Below, piece by piece: positions 19,837 to 30,409 of a stretch of 64,000 bases of DNA. Source of the DNA: Candidatus Tayloriibacteriota bacterium (GTDB lineage Bacteria; Patescibacteriota; Minisyncoccia; Phycocordibacterales; PALSA-1337); assembly GCA_943350765.1 (NCBI GenBank), contig CALRAJ010000001.1, positions 191,066 through 255,065 of the forward strand, given 5' to 3'. The notes beneath the pieces are model-generated. The model was not told the origin of the DNA and made no database searches. It was given only the letters and a program-made list of their open reading frames with translations. Position 1 is the first letter of the stretch. Each line of letters starts with the position of its first letter. Position numbers and translations under genes: made by a program.

Positions 19837-19924
19837 AGATCAGTATAGTTTAGCATACTGGAATAATAGTGCGGGGATTTGTTAAATTAAAAATGTTTTG
19901 CACAGAACAGATATAGAAAAAATA

Positions 19925-19972
19925 GACAAAAAAATAACCGCCGATATCTACACCTGTAGACTCAGCGGTTAC
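19925..19972 (-). terminator. Intrinsic terminator on the minus strand (hairpin AACCGCCGATATCTACACCTGTAGACTCAGCGGTT plus a T-run)
   Basis: Hairpin at 19936-19970. The A9 run at 19927-19935 becomes a U-run on the minus strand. Confidence 0.6.
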
Positions 19973-19975
19973 CAG

Positions 19976-20354
19976 AAAATTACCCTACAACGGTGGTATG
20001 CCGTTGCATCTGGTGGACGGGCCTGGATTTCTCACAGGATTCGGGGACTTATAAACTTCGCCCCCTTCATAACTTCATTCGAATTCCTTTCCGACAACTG
20101 ACGAGACTCGTCGCACCTCAATGGACGGTGTGCGACATGATTTCGCTAAATCAGCTGTCTATTTTTGGCCGTTTTGCGTAGACAATTTTCTCAGTGCTTT
20201 CGATTTTGCCTAGGTCGCACCCACCACTAGGCTGTCTTAATTGACTGACACAATCAGGTACATACACTCGATACGAATATGAATAAGTTTCATACTTTGT
20301 TAAGGAACAGCGTCGCTCTTGGCTGGACAACCTGTCGAAGTCTTAAGCTGACGG
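19976..20354 (-). ncRNA. Candidate non-coding RNA of unknown class (about 380 nt), with its own promoter and terminator
   Basis: No ORF longer than 20 aa in the RNA sense. It is bounded by a sigma70-like promoter (20360-20390) and an intrinsic terminator (19925-19972). The 3' part ends ...CCAGGCCCGTCCACCA. Identity (tmRNA, SRP RNA, 6S RNA or other) could not be established. Confidence 0.4.
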
Positions 20355-20359
20355 TAGAT

Positions 20360-20390
20360 ACAGTATAGCATATACAGATTATTTGTCAAG
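20360..20390 (-). promoter_or_regulatory. Sigma70-like promoter on the minus strand (TTGACA - 16 nt - TATACT)
   Basis: Reverse complement of 20384-20389 is TTGACA and of 20362-20367 is TATACT. Spacer is 16 nt. Confidence 0.45.
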
Positions 20391-20559
20391 CTTTTTTCAC
20401 ACTTTAGATCACTTTTAACAGTCAAATCTCTAAAATATGGCTCTAGATATAGCTATTCTCCAGACCTCCAAAATAGGTATGGTCGACAAAAATTGTATAA
20501 AATACCATCTATAAGGTTGCTTCGCTCTATTGGCCGATACCGAGGAAGATACCTCGGTA

Positions 20560-20720
20560 CGCAAGAGCCATACTGGTGGCGAAAGTCCTGAGCCTAGCAG
20601 GGCGTAGGGTAGGAGACACGACGGTGGCGGGCATGCTGAGCTCAGTAGAGCGTAGTACTCGATTTATATAGTCGCTCCGCTCCTTATAAATCGGTGCTTG
20701 CCCTACGCTTTGGTAAGCTC
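20560..20720. repeat. Dispersed intergenic repeat, family 1, composite copy D (tandem and inverted units)
   Basis: AGAGCCATACTGGTGGCGAAAGTCCTGAGCCTAGCAGGGCGTAGGGTA ... GGTGGCGGGCATGCTGAGCTCAGTAGAGCGTAGTACTCG ... TGCCCTACGCTTTGGTAAGCTCAGGACTTTCGGTGCC. Confidence 0.6.
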
Positions 20721-20781
20721 AGGACTTTCGGTGCCTTCGCACCTCTTGCATAAAAAACCTCATCAGCGTAGCATTATATAT

Positions 20782-21468
20782 ATGAAAAAAGTTGCGATTT
20801 TTGATGTAGACGGCACGATTTTCCGTTCGAGCTTGCTCATAAAGCTAGTTGAGGCTTTTGTTGTTGAAAAGGTTTTTCCGAGTACTGCTAAAGATGGCTA
20901 TGCCTTAGAACATAAACTCTGGCTCGAAAGAAAAGGAACTTATGATGAATACATCGAGGCGGTCATCGAGGTTTTTATGGAACATATCCGTGGAGTGTCA
21001 TACACAGACTTTGATAAAATAAGTAAAAATATAGTAGACAAGCACAAGGACGAAACCTATGTGTACACTCGCATGCTAGTCAGAAAACTTAAAAAACAGG
21101 GCTACTTTTTACTAGCAATTTCACAATCACCAAAAGGTATACTGGATGCTTTTTGTAAAAACCTGGGATTTGATAAAGTGTACGGGAGATTTTACGAAAC
21201 AGATGCCGATGATCATTTTACTGGCAAAGTAGCTGAGCTACATTTAATAGCCAACAAGGCAAATATCGTCAAAAGAGTTGTGGAAAAAGAAAACCTGACA
21301 CTCAAAGGTTCGGTATGTATCGGTGATACTGAGGGAGACATCCCCATGCTCGAGCTGGTAGACAATCCAATCTGCTTTAATCCAAACAAAAAGCTTTATC
21401 GTATTGCCAAACTCAATAAATGGAAAGTGGTAGTCGAAAGAAAAGATGTTGTGTATGAGATAATGTAG
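20782..21468 (+). CDS. HAD-superfamily hydrolase (phosphoserine-phosphatase-like, subfamily IB)
   Basis: HAD motif I (VAIFDVDGTI) and the C-terminal GDTEGDIPMLE (motif IV). The start was set at MKKVAIFD. Confidence 0.65.
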   Translation: MKKVAIFDVDGTIFRSSLLIKLVEAFVVEKVFPSTAKDGYALEHKLWLERKGTYDEYIEAVIEVFMEHIRGVSYTDFDKISKNIVDKHKDETYVYTRMLVRKLKKQGYFLLAISQSPKGILDAFCKNLGFDKVYGRFYETDADDHFTGKVAELHLIANKANIVKRVVEKENLTLKGSVCIGDTEGDIPMLELVDNPICFNPNKKLYRIAKLNKWKVVVERKDVVYEIM

Positions 21469-21482
21469 AGTATACTAAAACA

Positions 21483-21516
21483 AAACACCTCGTGGCTACG
21501 CCACGAGGTGTTTTCT
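21483..21516. terminator. Bidirectional intrinsic terminator between convergent genes
   Basis: AACACCTCGTGGC-TACG-CCACGAGGTGTT followed by TTCTG. The core GTGGCTACGCCAC recurs at 30361-30400. Confidence 0.55.
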
Positions 21517-21534
21517 GAGAGTTTCTTTTTCCAC

Positions 21535-23916
21535 CTACTTCTTTATCTGCAAAAGCATCTTTGCTACTACATCATATAGTGCATCTATCGCTGAAGCACT
21601 CTGACCTGTTGCCGGAGCGACGACTTTTACATAGCCGTTCACAACCTTCCAGCCTGCGCTGTTGTAACACTGGATACCAATGGTTTTAAGACCTGCGGTC
21701 ATAGTAGCTGGGATAGTGATGGTCTGAGAAGCGTTTAAGGGCTTGGTGCCATACCACTGTGAGTCAAATGAGCCACCTGTCAATCTCCCGTTTTCAATCA
21801 CCTCTCGAGCAGTACATCTATCAGCACCGACTGATGTCCAGTTTAGTTCCATATTTGATCCAGCAGTTAATGTCTGAACACCCGCACCAAAAGGACTGGT
21901 AGAAAGAGCCTGACCATTGACTGATAAGGTGATGACTGGGGTCAGTACTGGTTTTGCTTCAAAGGCTACTACTGATGACGCCACCTCTGCACCTGGTGCA
22001 TTACGGCATTTAATACCCATAGTCACTATACCTGAGACAGTTGTAGGTAAAGCGAATGATTCGCTACCAGAGAGACCCTTGTTACCTGTCCATGTCGCGA
22101 TACGAGGGTTAGAAAACGCTTCACAACTTGCAACATTACTTGCTGACCATTTTAATTCTGCGGATGAGCCTTGGGTGACTATTATTGATCGTAAGTCATT
22201 AGTGTAGCCTCCGTAGGAGAATGTGGCGGAGGGGGCTGTATCTACTAAACCAGATGTTAATACAGTAACATATCCCTCCAACACTCCAAATATATTTTGA
22301 TTATCAGAATTTATTACATATAACTTTGCATATCCTGTTGGAAAATTTGATGGAATAGTAACAGACACATCATTGCTTCCATCTACAATACCAGACATCG
22401 TAGATGTATTATAGATACTGTTTACAGCCTCAATTGCAGAACTCAATCTAACAATAATATTTCTAACATTATTGTTACTATTAAACCTAATACTGTATGT
22501 TCTACCTTGAGTAACCTGACTACCAGAGACTGAACGAACATCCGTAATTGACTGAGTATTCGCCACCACCCTTACATACCCATTGACCACCCTCCACTCT
22601 GGAGAAGTGGCTGAGGAATTGATACACTGTATACCAATAGACTTCACACCTGGTGTCATGGTAGCTGGTACGGTGATGGTTTGGCTACCACTACCGATAG
22701 TCTTACTTCCATACCACTGTCCGTCAAAGTCTCCACCAGTCAGTCTACCTGTAGCACCATCAATCACCTTTCGAGCTTCACAGCTAGTAGCATCTGTTGA
22801 TGTCCATGAGAGGGACATAGGCTGACCAGCTACTACTGTAGCAAGACCTGCACCAAAAGGAGTGAGGGCGATGGGAGTGTTGTTGAGGGAGAGGGAGACG
22901 GTGGGGGTAAGAGTGGTACAACCAGGAAAAGTCTCTGACAGACCATTGATATAACGAAGGATTGAAACACCATCCACCACACCGACACTACCGTTTTTAT
23001 CTACATCTCCACGATTTTTTAATTCATCTGTACCAGTAAATCTACCTGACATTATTACATTAAATGCATCATAATCACCCTGACCGATTCTTCCATCATT
23101 ATTTATGTCTCCGAGAGTACCACAGGCTAGATTTCTACCTGGATCTACGACAACTGTACCCCTAGCATCTCTCCAAGTCTGAGCTGTAACAGAGGCACTG
23201 CTGTATGTCTCACCGTTTTGATATATATACCTAGCAATACGAACCTCTGGAGTATCACCGAGAGGTGTAGAATATAGAACCCATTCAGCAAGATTAATTG
23301 CAAGATTGTGGTCTGTATCGGCAGGATGAAAAATACTTATTCCTAAAATTGCTCTAACATCAAAACTCAACTGATTACTAATACTATTTGGATTTGGAGT
23401 ATTTGCTACAGCAATCGTGTAGTTGCCAACATTTGAGGCTGGACCATTCGTACAAACGCTATTGTAGTTACGACAAAGTGTAGTAAATGTAGAAGGCATG
23501 ATAAAGGAAATCGTTGTTGGAGTAATAGTCATACTATTATTTGAATAATAGTCTCCACCGATTATCAACTTACTTCTATTTATACTACTTAAATTTGTAA
23601 AACCCTGTCCTCTAATCGTCATCATTTCACCTTGGTATACGGGACTCGTAACCGATGTAATAACAGGAGCGGTAGGATTTACCGTGGCCGCCACCCTAGC
23701 TCCAGCTGGAGTAGCCTGAGCTGGAGGAGGAGTAACACTGCCACTCTCTGCCGCTATCAACGCATTTAGCTGAGCAATCAGAGATACCAAAAGAGCTCGC
23801 ATTTCGGTAATGGTCATTGTAGGAGAAACCGTTTGAGCGGAGACTGACTGTATACCGACTACAGTAGTAAAAGAGAACACTAGGGCAATAATAATCAAAC
23901 TAAGGGTCTTTTTCAT
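21535..23916 (-). CDS. Large secreted or cell-surface protein with duplicated Ig-like modules and dockerin/EF-hand-like Ca-binding repeats
   Basis: Signal peptide (MKKTLSLIIIALVFSFTTVVGIQSVSA). Two internal repeats of about 110 aa (…LTGGDFDGQWYGSKT…IGIQC.NS…VVNGYV.VV). Motifs DINNDGRIGQGD and GDVDKNGSVGVVDG are dockerin-like. Confidence 0.55.
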   Translation of the reverse strand: MKKTLSLIIIALVFSFTTVVGIQSVSAQTVSPTMTITEMRALLVSLIAQLNALIAAESGSVTPPPAQATPAGARVAATVNPTAPVITSVTSPVYQGEMMTIRGQGFTNLSSINRSKLIIGGDYYSNNSMTITPTTISFIMPSTFTTLCRNYNSVCTNGPASNVGNYTIAVANTPNPNSISNQLSFDVRAILGISIFHPADTDHNLAINLAEWVLYSTPLGDTPEVRIARYIYQNGETYSSASVTAQTWRDARGTVVVDPGRNLACGTLGDINNDGRIGQGDYDAFNVIMSGRFTGTDELKNRGDVDKNGSVGVVDGVSILRYINGLSETFPGCTTLTPTVSLSLNNTPIALTPFGAGLATVVAGQPMSLSWTSTDATSCEARKVIDGATGRLTGGDFDGQWYGSKTIGSGSQTITVPATMTPGVKSIGIQCINSSATSPEWRVVNGYVRVVANTQSITDVRSVSGSQVTQGRTYSIRFNSNNNVRNIIVRLSSAIEAVNSIYNTSTMSGIVDGSNDVSVTIPSNFPTGYAKLYVINSDNQNIFGVLEGYVTVLTSGLVDTAPSATFSYGGYTNDLRSIIVTQGSSAELKWSASNVASCEAFSNPRIATWTGNKGLSGSESFALPTTVSGIVTMGIKCRNAPGAEVASSVVAFEAKPVLTPVITLSVNGQALSTSPFGAGVQTLTAGSNMELNWTSVGADRCTAREVIENGRLTGGSFDSQWYGTKPLNASQTITIPATMTAGLKTIGIQCYNSAGWKVVNGYVKVVAPATGQSASAIDALYDVVAKMLLQIKK

Positions 23917-24109
23917 TGATTTGATGAAATATGGCTTAAATAATAATAAATGGGTACTAACTGCTATTATAGCCCACCCCAAGTGGTTTTGCACAATGTG
24001 GGTGGGGATAAGTCTTTGATGGCTCAGTGGTTTGTAGTCGATGGCTCACTGCTTTTATAGCTAGACCCGTGAATAGACCAGTGAGCCGTTGAGGGCTTTT
24101 GAGCTTGAA

Positions 24110-24874
24110 TTACTTCACCTTTCTGGCATCTAAACACATAAACATCGGTATCTCTTTTCTAGCAAGGTTTTCTGGCATTGCCCGAGGACCAGGCTTACTC
24201 TCTTTGTGCGACACCCATTCTTCTAGCCTAGCAACCATAAAATGAGCTTTGTTTAAAGCTTTAAAATAGACCTGCAGTGGTCGATGAAAAGACACTGTCT
24301 GTGGACCACCTGTCTGCCCTGGATGCATCTCGATCTTACTTCTCATTTCACTTATATATTGATCTACCCGACGATACTGTACCTTGTGTTCCTCGTCCCA
24401 ACCCCAAGCTGTCTTTTTTGGAATACGAAATGTAGGATGATTTAACACAATAAGCATGCGTCCACCCACCTTTAGGACGCGAGTACACTCGGTCAGAGTA
24501 TCAGCTAGATTTTCTATATTTTGAAGCGCTAGAATTATAATCATTTTGTCCACAGAGCCAGTAGTTAAAAATGAAATATCGTGTGATGGTGCCGTGTGGT
24601 AGTAGATTGTTTGTGAGGTGGCTTTTATTGCGAGAGCAATAAGCTGTCTGGAAATATCAGAGGCATGTACCACAGCCCCTCGTCGAGCAATTTCGCGAGA
24701 AAAGTACCCCTGACCGCAGGCAAGGTCAAGTATCACCTCACCTTTTTGCGGATCGAGAAGTCGTAGCAAGTTTGGCAAAATCACCTCTTCCTGAAAGGTA
24801 TCGGACTTATTTTCTAGAAGCTCATCGTACCACTCTGCCACCTTGCCCCAGCTAGTGTCTTGTTTCTTGTTCAT
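24110..24874 (-). CDS. Class I SAM-dependent methyltransferase
   Basis: Motif I VILDLACGQGYFS, and a motif post-I acidic residue in HASDIS. Confidence 0.65.
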   Translation of the reverse strand: MNKKQDTSWGKVAEWYDELLENKSDTFQEEVILPNLLRLLDPQKGEVILDLACGQGYFSREIARRGAVVHASDISRQLIALAIKATSQTIYYHTAPSHDISFLTTGSVDKMIIILALQNIENLADTLTECTRVLKVGGRMLIVLNHPTFRIPKKTAWGWDEEHKVQYRRVDQYISEMRSKIEMHPGQTGGPQTVSFHRPLQVYFKALNKAHFMVARLEEWVSHKESKPGPRAMPENLARKEIPMFMCLDARKVK

Positions 24875-25060
24875 ACATCCTATTATATCATACTTTGGTA
24901 ATAAATGCAAAGATTCCTGACCTATTTAGTCCTGCATCTACGCGATAGCGTAGATGCAGGACTAACAGACCTTATCTACCTACAAACCTCATCGGCTAAA
25001 CACGGAGCTTAGCCGATGAAAATGGCTCTATAGAGCCATTTTCATTTTTACCTAATTTTG

Positions 25061-25104
25061 TCTGAAATCCCCGAATTTTCAGTAGAAAATTCGGGGATTT
25101 CAGA
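25061..25104 (-). terminator. Long hairpin TCTGAAATCCCCGAATTTTC-AGTAG-AAAATTCGGGGATTTCAGA (TTTCTACTGAAA-core family)
   Basis: Perfect 20-bp stem downstream of the 25144-25470 gene. Confidence 0.45.
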
Positions 25105-25143
25105 CACCTGAACCCTTTAACAATGACTGCCTTAATAAATAAT

Positions 25144-25470
25144 TTAATCCTCCTTAATCAACTCATTTTTTATCTTTGCAATTCTAGACAAAATCCTTTT
25201 TGGCTTCCCTATCTTTGCCTTTTTGAGAAAACCTATAAACACATCGAAAATCGTCTTTAGTTTTATACCCTCTGAACGCATCGTCGCTCGAAAATCTTTT
25301 ACATCTCGCATCATTTCATCAGTCTCGGATTGTACCTTTTCTGAAATCTCATCGACACGACGCAAAATCCGCACAAGATAAAAAATAACCACCGCTCCAC
25401 CTATAGAAAGCATAATAACGGCAATAGCCGTGATAAAGAAAAAGATATCTGCATGTATTAATGTATCCAT
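25144..25470 (-). CDS. Small membrane protein, hypothetical
   Basis: One N-terminal TM helix and a charged helical C-terminal part. Confidence 0.4.
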   Translation of the reverse strand: MDTLIHADIFFFITAIAVIMLSIGGAVVIFYLVRILRRVDEISEKVQSETDEMMRDVKDFRATMRSEGIKLKTIFDVFIGFLKKAKIGKPKRILSRIAKIKNELIKED

Positions 25471-25561
25471 GAGTATGTATTTTGTAAATTATAATAGCTA
25501 TACTATAGCACAAATTCCCCGCGGGCTAGTACGCCCGCGGGGAATTTGTTACAGCTTCACC

Positions 25562-25804
25562 CTATTTGCAACATGCACTCTGTCCTGCACAATTTTTACA
25601 TGGACAGAACTTTCCCAAACCACCAATAATCACTAATATCGGCCAAACGATATTTACTGTCTCTGCTGAAACCCACATCATCGCCTTTGCAAAAAATAAA
25701 AGTCCAAAAACAACAATAAGGACCGCTTTCATCATTTTGCACTTATTTACCATTGACCCACATGATCCAGACCCACAAGTTTTTACATCATTCATATTTT
25801 CCAT
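25562..25804 (-). CDS. Small cysteine-rich membrane protein, hypothetical
   Basis: Two TM helices flanked by Cys clusters (CGSGSCGS...C.....CPCKNCAGQSACCK). Confidence 0.4.
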   Translation of the reverse strand: MENMNDVKTCGSGSCGSMVNKCKMMKAVLIVVFGLLFFAKAMMWVSAETVNIVWPILVIIGGLGKFCPCKNCAGQSACCK

Positions 25805-25822
25805 ATATTTTATTTAGAATAA

Positions 25823-27214
<1,392 letters not shown>

Positions 27215-27235
27215 CAGTCAATACTCAGCAAAATC

Positions 27236-27350
27236 AACGGCTCAACAGGCCTGTGCTTGTAACGAGTTTTACTAAACCGGCACATTCGCTCTACTGAGCT
27301 CAGTACTCCCGCCACAAGTCATGGCTCCTGTATCTTCGTCACCTTCGCTC
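27236..27350. repeat. Dispersed intergenic repeat, family 1 copy B (inverted orientation)
   Basis: The reverse complement reads GACGAAGATACAGGAGCCATGACTTGTGGCGGGAGTACTGAGCTCAGTAGAGCGAATGTGCCGG..GTTACAAGCACAGGCCTGTTGAGCCGTTG. Confidence 0.65.
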
Positions 27351-27984
27351 CTTGAGCCGTTCAAATGGCTATACAGAGCCGTTTTATGAAGATTGGTAAG
27401 GACGAGTTTAAGGTGTGATTTGCCTCAATGGCTCAACCACACTGGTTGAGCCATTGAGGCAAAATACGGCATTATTTGAGGCTCACTTTCCATCCTCTAT
27501 ATATGTGGATAATAGAATTGACAGTAAAACTAAAAGTAGTACAGTAAACATTGGCATCTCCCCTAAATCCGATCACTTCAGTGAATAGGGTGAGGAGGTG
27601 GAGTTTGGAACAAACATTGGAGGTATTATGGAAGTAAAGCCCCTTAGTCTCATTGAACAAGTGTTGATTGAGGATCCCAAAAACATTGGTATCCTGTTCT
27701 ATTTTGAGAATTTGCTCGAAGAGAGTATCAGACTCACGGGTGGTTCCTGAAAAAACTTTTAACTCGCAAGCTATTTGGTAACTCGAATGGCTTTTTTTTA
27801 TATATAATTTTGCATGGTGTATTTGAACTAAAGTTTGCACATAAAGCCAAACAAGAGTAATATATACTACATTCAAAGATTGTTATGGCTACCAACCATA
27901 AATCCGCCAAAAGTGGATGACAAAATCCTAATTTGAAACAAATAATACCCTCTCCAATTAACGCTTGGACACTTATCTCATCAA

Positions 27985-28232
27985 AAGTTTCGTGCTAGAG
28001 GACAAGTTGGAACGCGAGACATATCGAGATACGGCGAGCGTGAGACGAAGTCCTGTAGCCGAAAAATTTTCGGTGAGATGTGCAATGGTTAATTGGAGAT
28101 GGTATAAGTCCGCCCTATATTTTATACTTATAAAAAAGGTGGAAAGCTCGGTGGAACCGCGAGGACTACTCCCCGCCCGAGCATACAGACGCTGTGCGTC
28201 TGTATGCTCGGGCGTTTTGCATTATTATTTAT
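27985..28232 (+). promoter_or_regulatory. T-box riboswitch leader controlling thrS
   Basis: Conserved T-box sequence AAGCTCGGTGGAACCGCGAGG at 28143-28165. It is followed immediately by a terminator hairpin CCCGAGCATACAGACGC-TGTG-CGTCTGTATGCTCGGG plus CGTTTTGC, about 20 nt before the thrS ATG. Confidence 0.65.
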
Positions 28233-28241
28233 TAAATCAAC

Positions 28242-29492
28242 ATGAACCCAACACCAACACCTGCTCCAGAAGAACGCGACCACAAAAAAATCGGTAAAGA
28301 ACTAGACCTATTTACCTTTTCAACCTCTGTCGGCAAAGGCCTCCCACTCTGGACCGAAAAAGGCTCGGTGATTCGTCGTGAGCTCGAACGATTCATAGTA
28401 GACGAAGAAACCAAGCGTGACTACAAGCATGTCTACACTCCAGAGATTGCCAAGCTCGACCTCTACCGCAAGTCCGGACACTATCCACACTACAAGGATT
28501 CGATGTACGCACCGATTAAAATTGATGACGAAGAATTTATGCTTCGTCCGATGACATGTCCGCACCATTTCGAGCTCTACCTCAGAAAACCTCACAGCTA
28601 CAAAGAACTCCCTATCCGTATCGCGGAGCTCGCTCGCCTTTATCGCTATGAGCAATCTGGTGAACTTATGGGTCTTCAGCGTGTCCGTTCATTCTGTCTT
28701 TCTGATGCCCATATTATTTGTAAAGATGATGAACAAGCGGTCGAGGAAATCGGTAAAGCACTCGATCTCATCGAATTTGTCACGGAAACGATGGGTCTTG
28801 CAAAAGGTGCCGACTACTGGTTCCGCTTATCTCTGGGAGATATTACTAATAGTGAAAAATACCACAAAGACGATGCGTCATGGATAAAGAGTGAAGGTCT
28901 TTTGCGAGATCTTCTAATAAAACGAGGTGGTACCTTTACTGAAGCCAAAAATGAAGCCGCTTTCTATGGTCCAAAAATTGATGTGCAAATGAAAAATGCC
29001 AACGGTAAAGAAGATACCGCCTTCACCGTACAGTATGACTTCTGTATGCCTGGTAGATTCAACCTCGTCTACACCAACGAAGCCGGCAAAGAAGAGATCG
29101 CCCGTGTTGTCCACCGTTCGTCTGTCGGTGCTATTGAACGCATCATTGCATTCCTTATTGAAAAATATATAGGTGCCTTTCCTCTCTGGCTCGCTCCAGT
29201 ACATGTCCAGATTATCGCGATCGATGAACAACATCATATAGAAGCACAGAAAGTTTACTCAGCACTCAGGGCAGAAAATATTCGCTGTGAGCTCTCACTT
29301 GGTAAAGAAGGTTTTGGTAAAAAAGTCCGTTCAGCCAAGCTAGAAAAGATTCCCTATTTTATTATCATCGGAGACAAGGATATTGCCGTACAAAAAGTCA
29401 CCCTTGAAAGTCGAGATGGGGGTAATCTTGGTCAGATGAGTACAGATGAAGTACTTGCGAAACTATTGAAAGAAATAAAGGAGAAGAAGTAA
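28242..29492 (+). CDS. thrS: Threonyl-tRNA synthetase, short form (catalytic and anticodon-binding domains only; the N-terminal TGS and editing domains are absent)
   Basis: It begins at RDHKKIGKELDLF, a motif that lies near residue 240 in canonical ThrRS. The class II motifs and the anticodon-binding domain follow. No upstream ORF encodes the TGS/N2 domains. Confidence 0.8.
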   Translation: MNPTPTPAPEERDHKKIGKELDLFTFSTSVGKGLPLWTEKGSVIRRELERFIVDEETKRDYKHVYTPEIAKLDLYRKSGHYPHYKDSMYAPIKIDDEEFMLRPMTCPHHFELYLRKPHSYKELPIRIAELARLYRYEQSGELMGLQRVRSFCLSDAHIICKDDEQAVEEIGKALDLIEFVTETMGLAKGADYWFRLSLGDITNSEKYHKDDASWIKSEGLLRDLLIKRGGTFTEAKNEAAFYGPKIDVQMKNANGKEDTAFTVQYDFCMPGRFNLVYTNEAGKEEIARVVHRSSVGAIERIIAFLIEKYIGAFPLWLAPVHVQIIAIDEQHHIEAQKVYSALRAENIRCELSLGKEGFGKKVRSAKLEKIPYFIIIGDKDIAVQKVTLESRDGGNLGQMSTDEVLAKLLKEIKEKK

Positions 29493-30326
29493 TTACGGCT
29501 TAATCCTAAAATCTCTCATACCCATGGTTAATGCGACAGAAACATCGTCTCTTTTACCTGTGTCATGTAAACCCTTTTTCTTTTCATCCATTACAGCCTG
29601 AACAATAGCTCTGGTTCGCTCATATTTTTGTGCAATTTCTGGCTTTCCAATATTTTGAGCATACTTACCAAATACCTCACACTGCTCAATGATCTCCTCT
29701 ACAATTTGAAACTGGACAGGGTGCTCAGCAAGATCCTTGTTTCTATTAGACAGCCATAATTCAGCTAACTCGTATATTGTTTCGGCTGACACACCAACAA
29801 TAACTCTTGGCACCTTTGTTAATTCGCCACGAAAATTATTCTGCTCAGCCACAGCGTATTTAATTTTTGTTAATTCACCTCTATCTATCTCATCTTTGAT
29901 TCTGGAAAGCTTTTTATCTGTAAATTGACTATAGGTCGCATCTACAGCGAGTGCCAAAAAGCTTATCGAATCATCTTCGGTAAATTCAACAATTTCATCC
30001 ACACCATGTGCAATATCATCGAAACGAGAAGCTTTTACGGTAGTTGCTGTACTTCCAAACCAATTACTCTGTTCACCATGCTCATGTAGTATCGCTTCAA
30101 AAATAACAGCTAACTGTAGATGTTCAGCTTCTTGATCATTTGATCCTACTTTAAAACCTTCTTCACGGTCAGCAACATACTTTCTATCACGACTAACATT
30201 CTCTTCACCGTACAAATCAACAAAATCATCTAGTAATATTTCGTCTCGGGCAAGTAATTCCTGTGCTTTTTGATAGGCTTTAAATAACATCTCACGCCTT
30301 TCATTTTGGTAAAATTCTTTTGACAT
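29493..30326 (-). CDS. Hypothetical protein (277 aa)
   Basis: Long acidic ORF with no recognisable motif. It is convergent with thrS, and the stop and start are adjacent. Confidence 0.4.
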   Translation of the reverse strand: MSKEFYQNERREMLFKAYQKAQELLARDEILLDDFVDLYGEENVSRDRKYVADREEGFKVGSNDQEAEHLQLAVIFEAILHEHGEQSNWFGSTATTVKASRFDDIAHGVDEIVEFTEDDSISFLALAVDATYSQFTDKKLSRIKDEIDRGELTKIKYAVAEQNNFRGELTKVPRVIVGVSAETIYELAELWLSNRNKDLAEHPVQFQIVEEIIEQCEVFGKYAQNIGKPEIAQKYERTRAIVQAVMDEKKKGLHDTGKRDDVSVALTMGMRDFRIKP

Positions 30327-30409
30327 GCTTAGTAGTATATTACAGATATTACAAAATGCAACAAATCCCCCGTGGCTACGCCACGGGGGATTTGTTGCTA
30401 TTTATTTTC

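Noticed and set aside
19898-20181. Two short plus-strand ORFs (67 and 62 aa) and the tmRNA hypothesis for this region
   Set aside because: The ORFs have no SD or context and lie within a region better explained as a minus-strand non-coding transcription unit. I considered tmRNA because of the ...GTCCACCA 3' end and the size. I could not find a complementary 5' acceptor strand (GGACGGG), a UUCGAC-type D-analog or a plausible tag reading frame, so no specific RNA class is asserted.
27472-27876. 134-aa minus-strand ORF
   Set aside because: Irregular composition, no motif, and it overlaps a plus-strand micro-ORF with a strong SD. It probably lies in a non-coding spacer or leader region.
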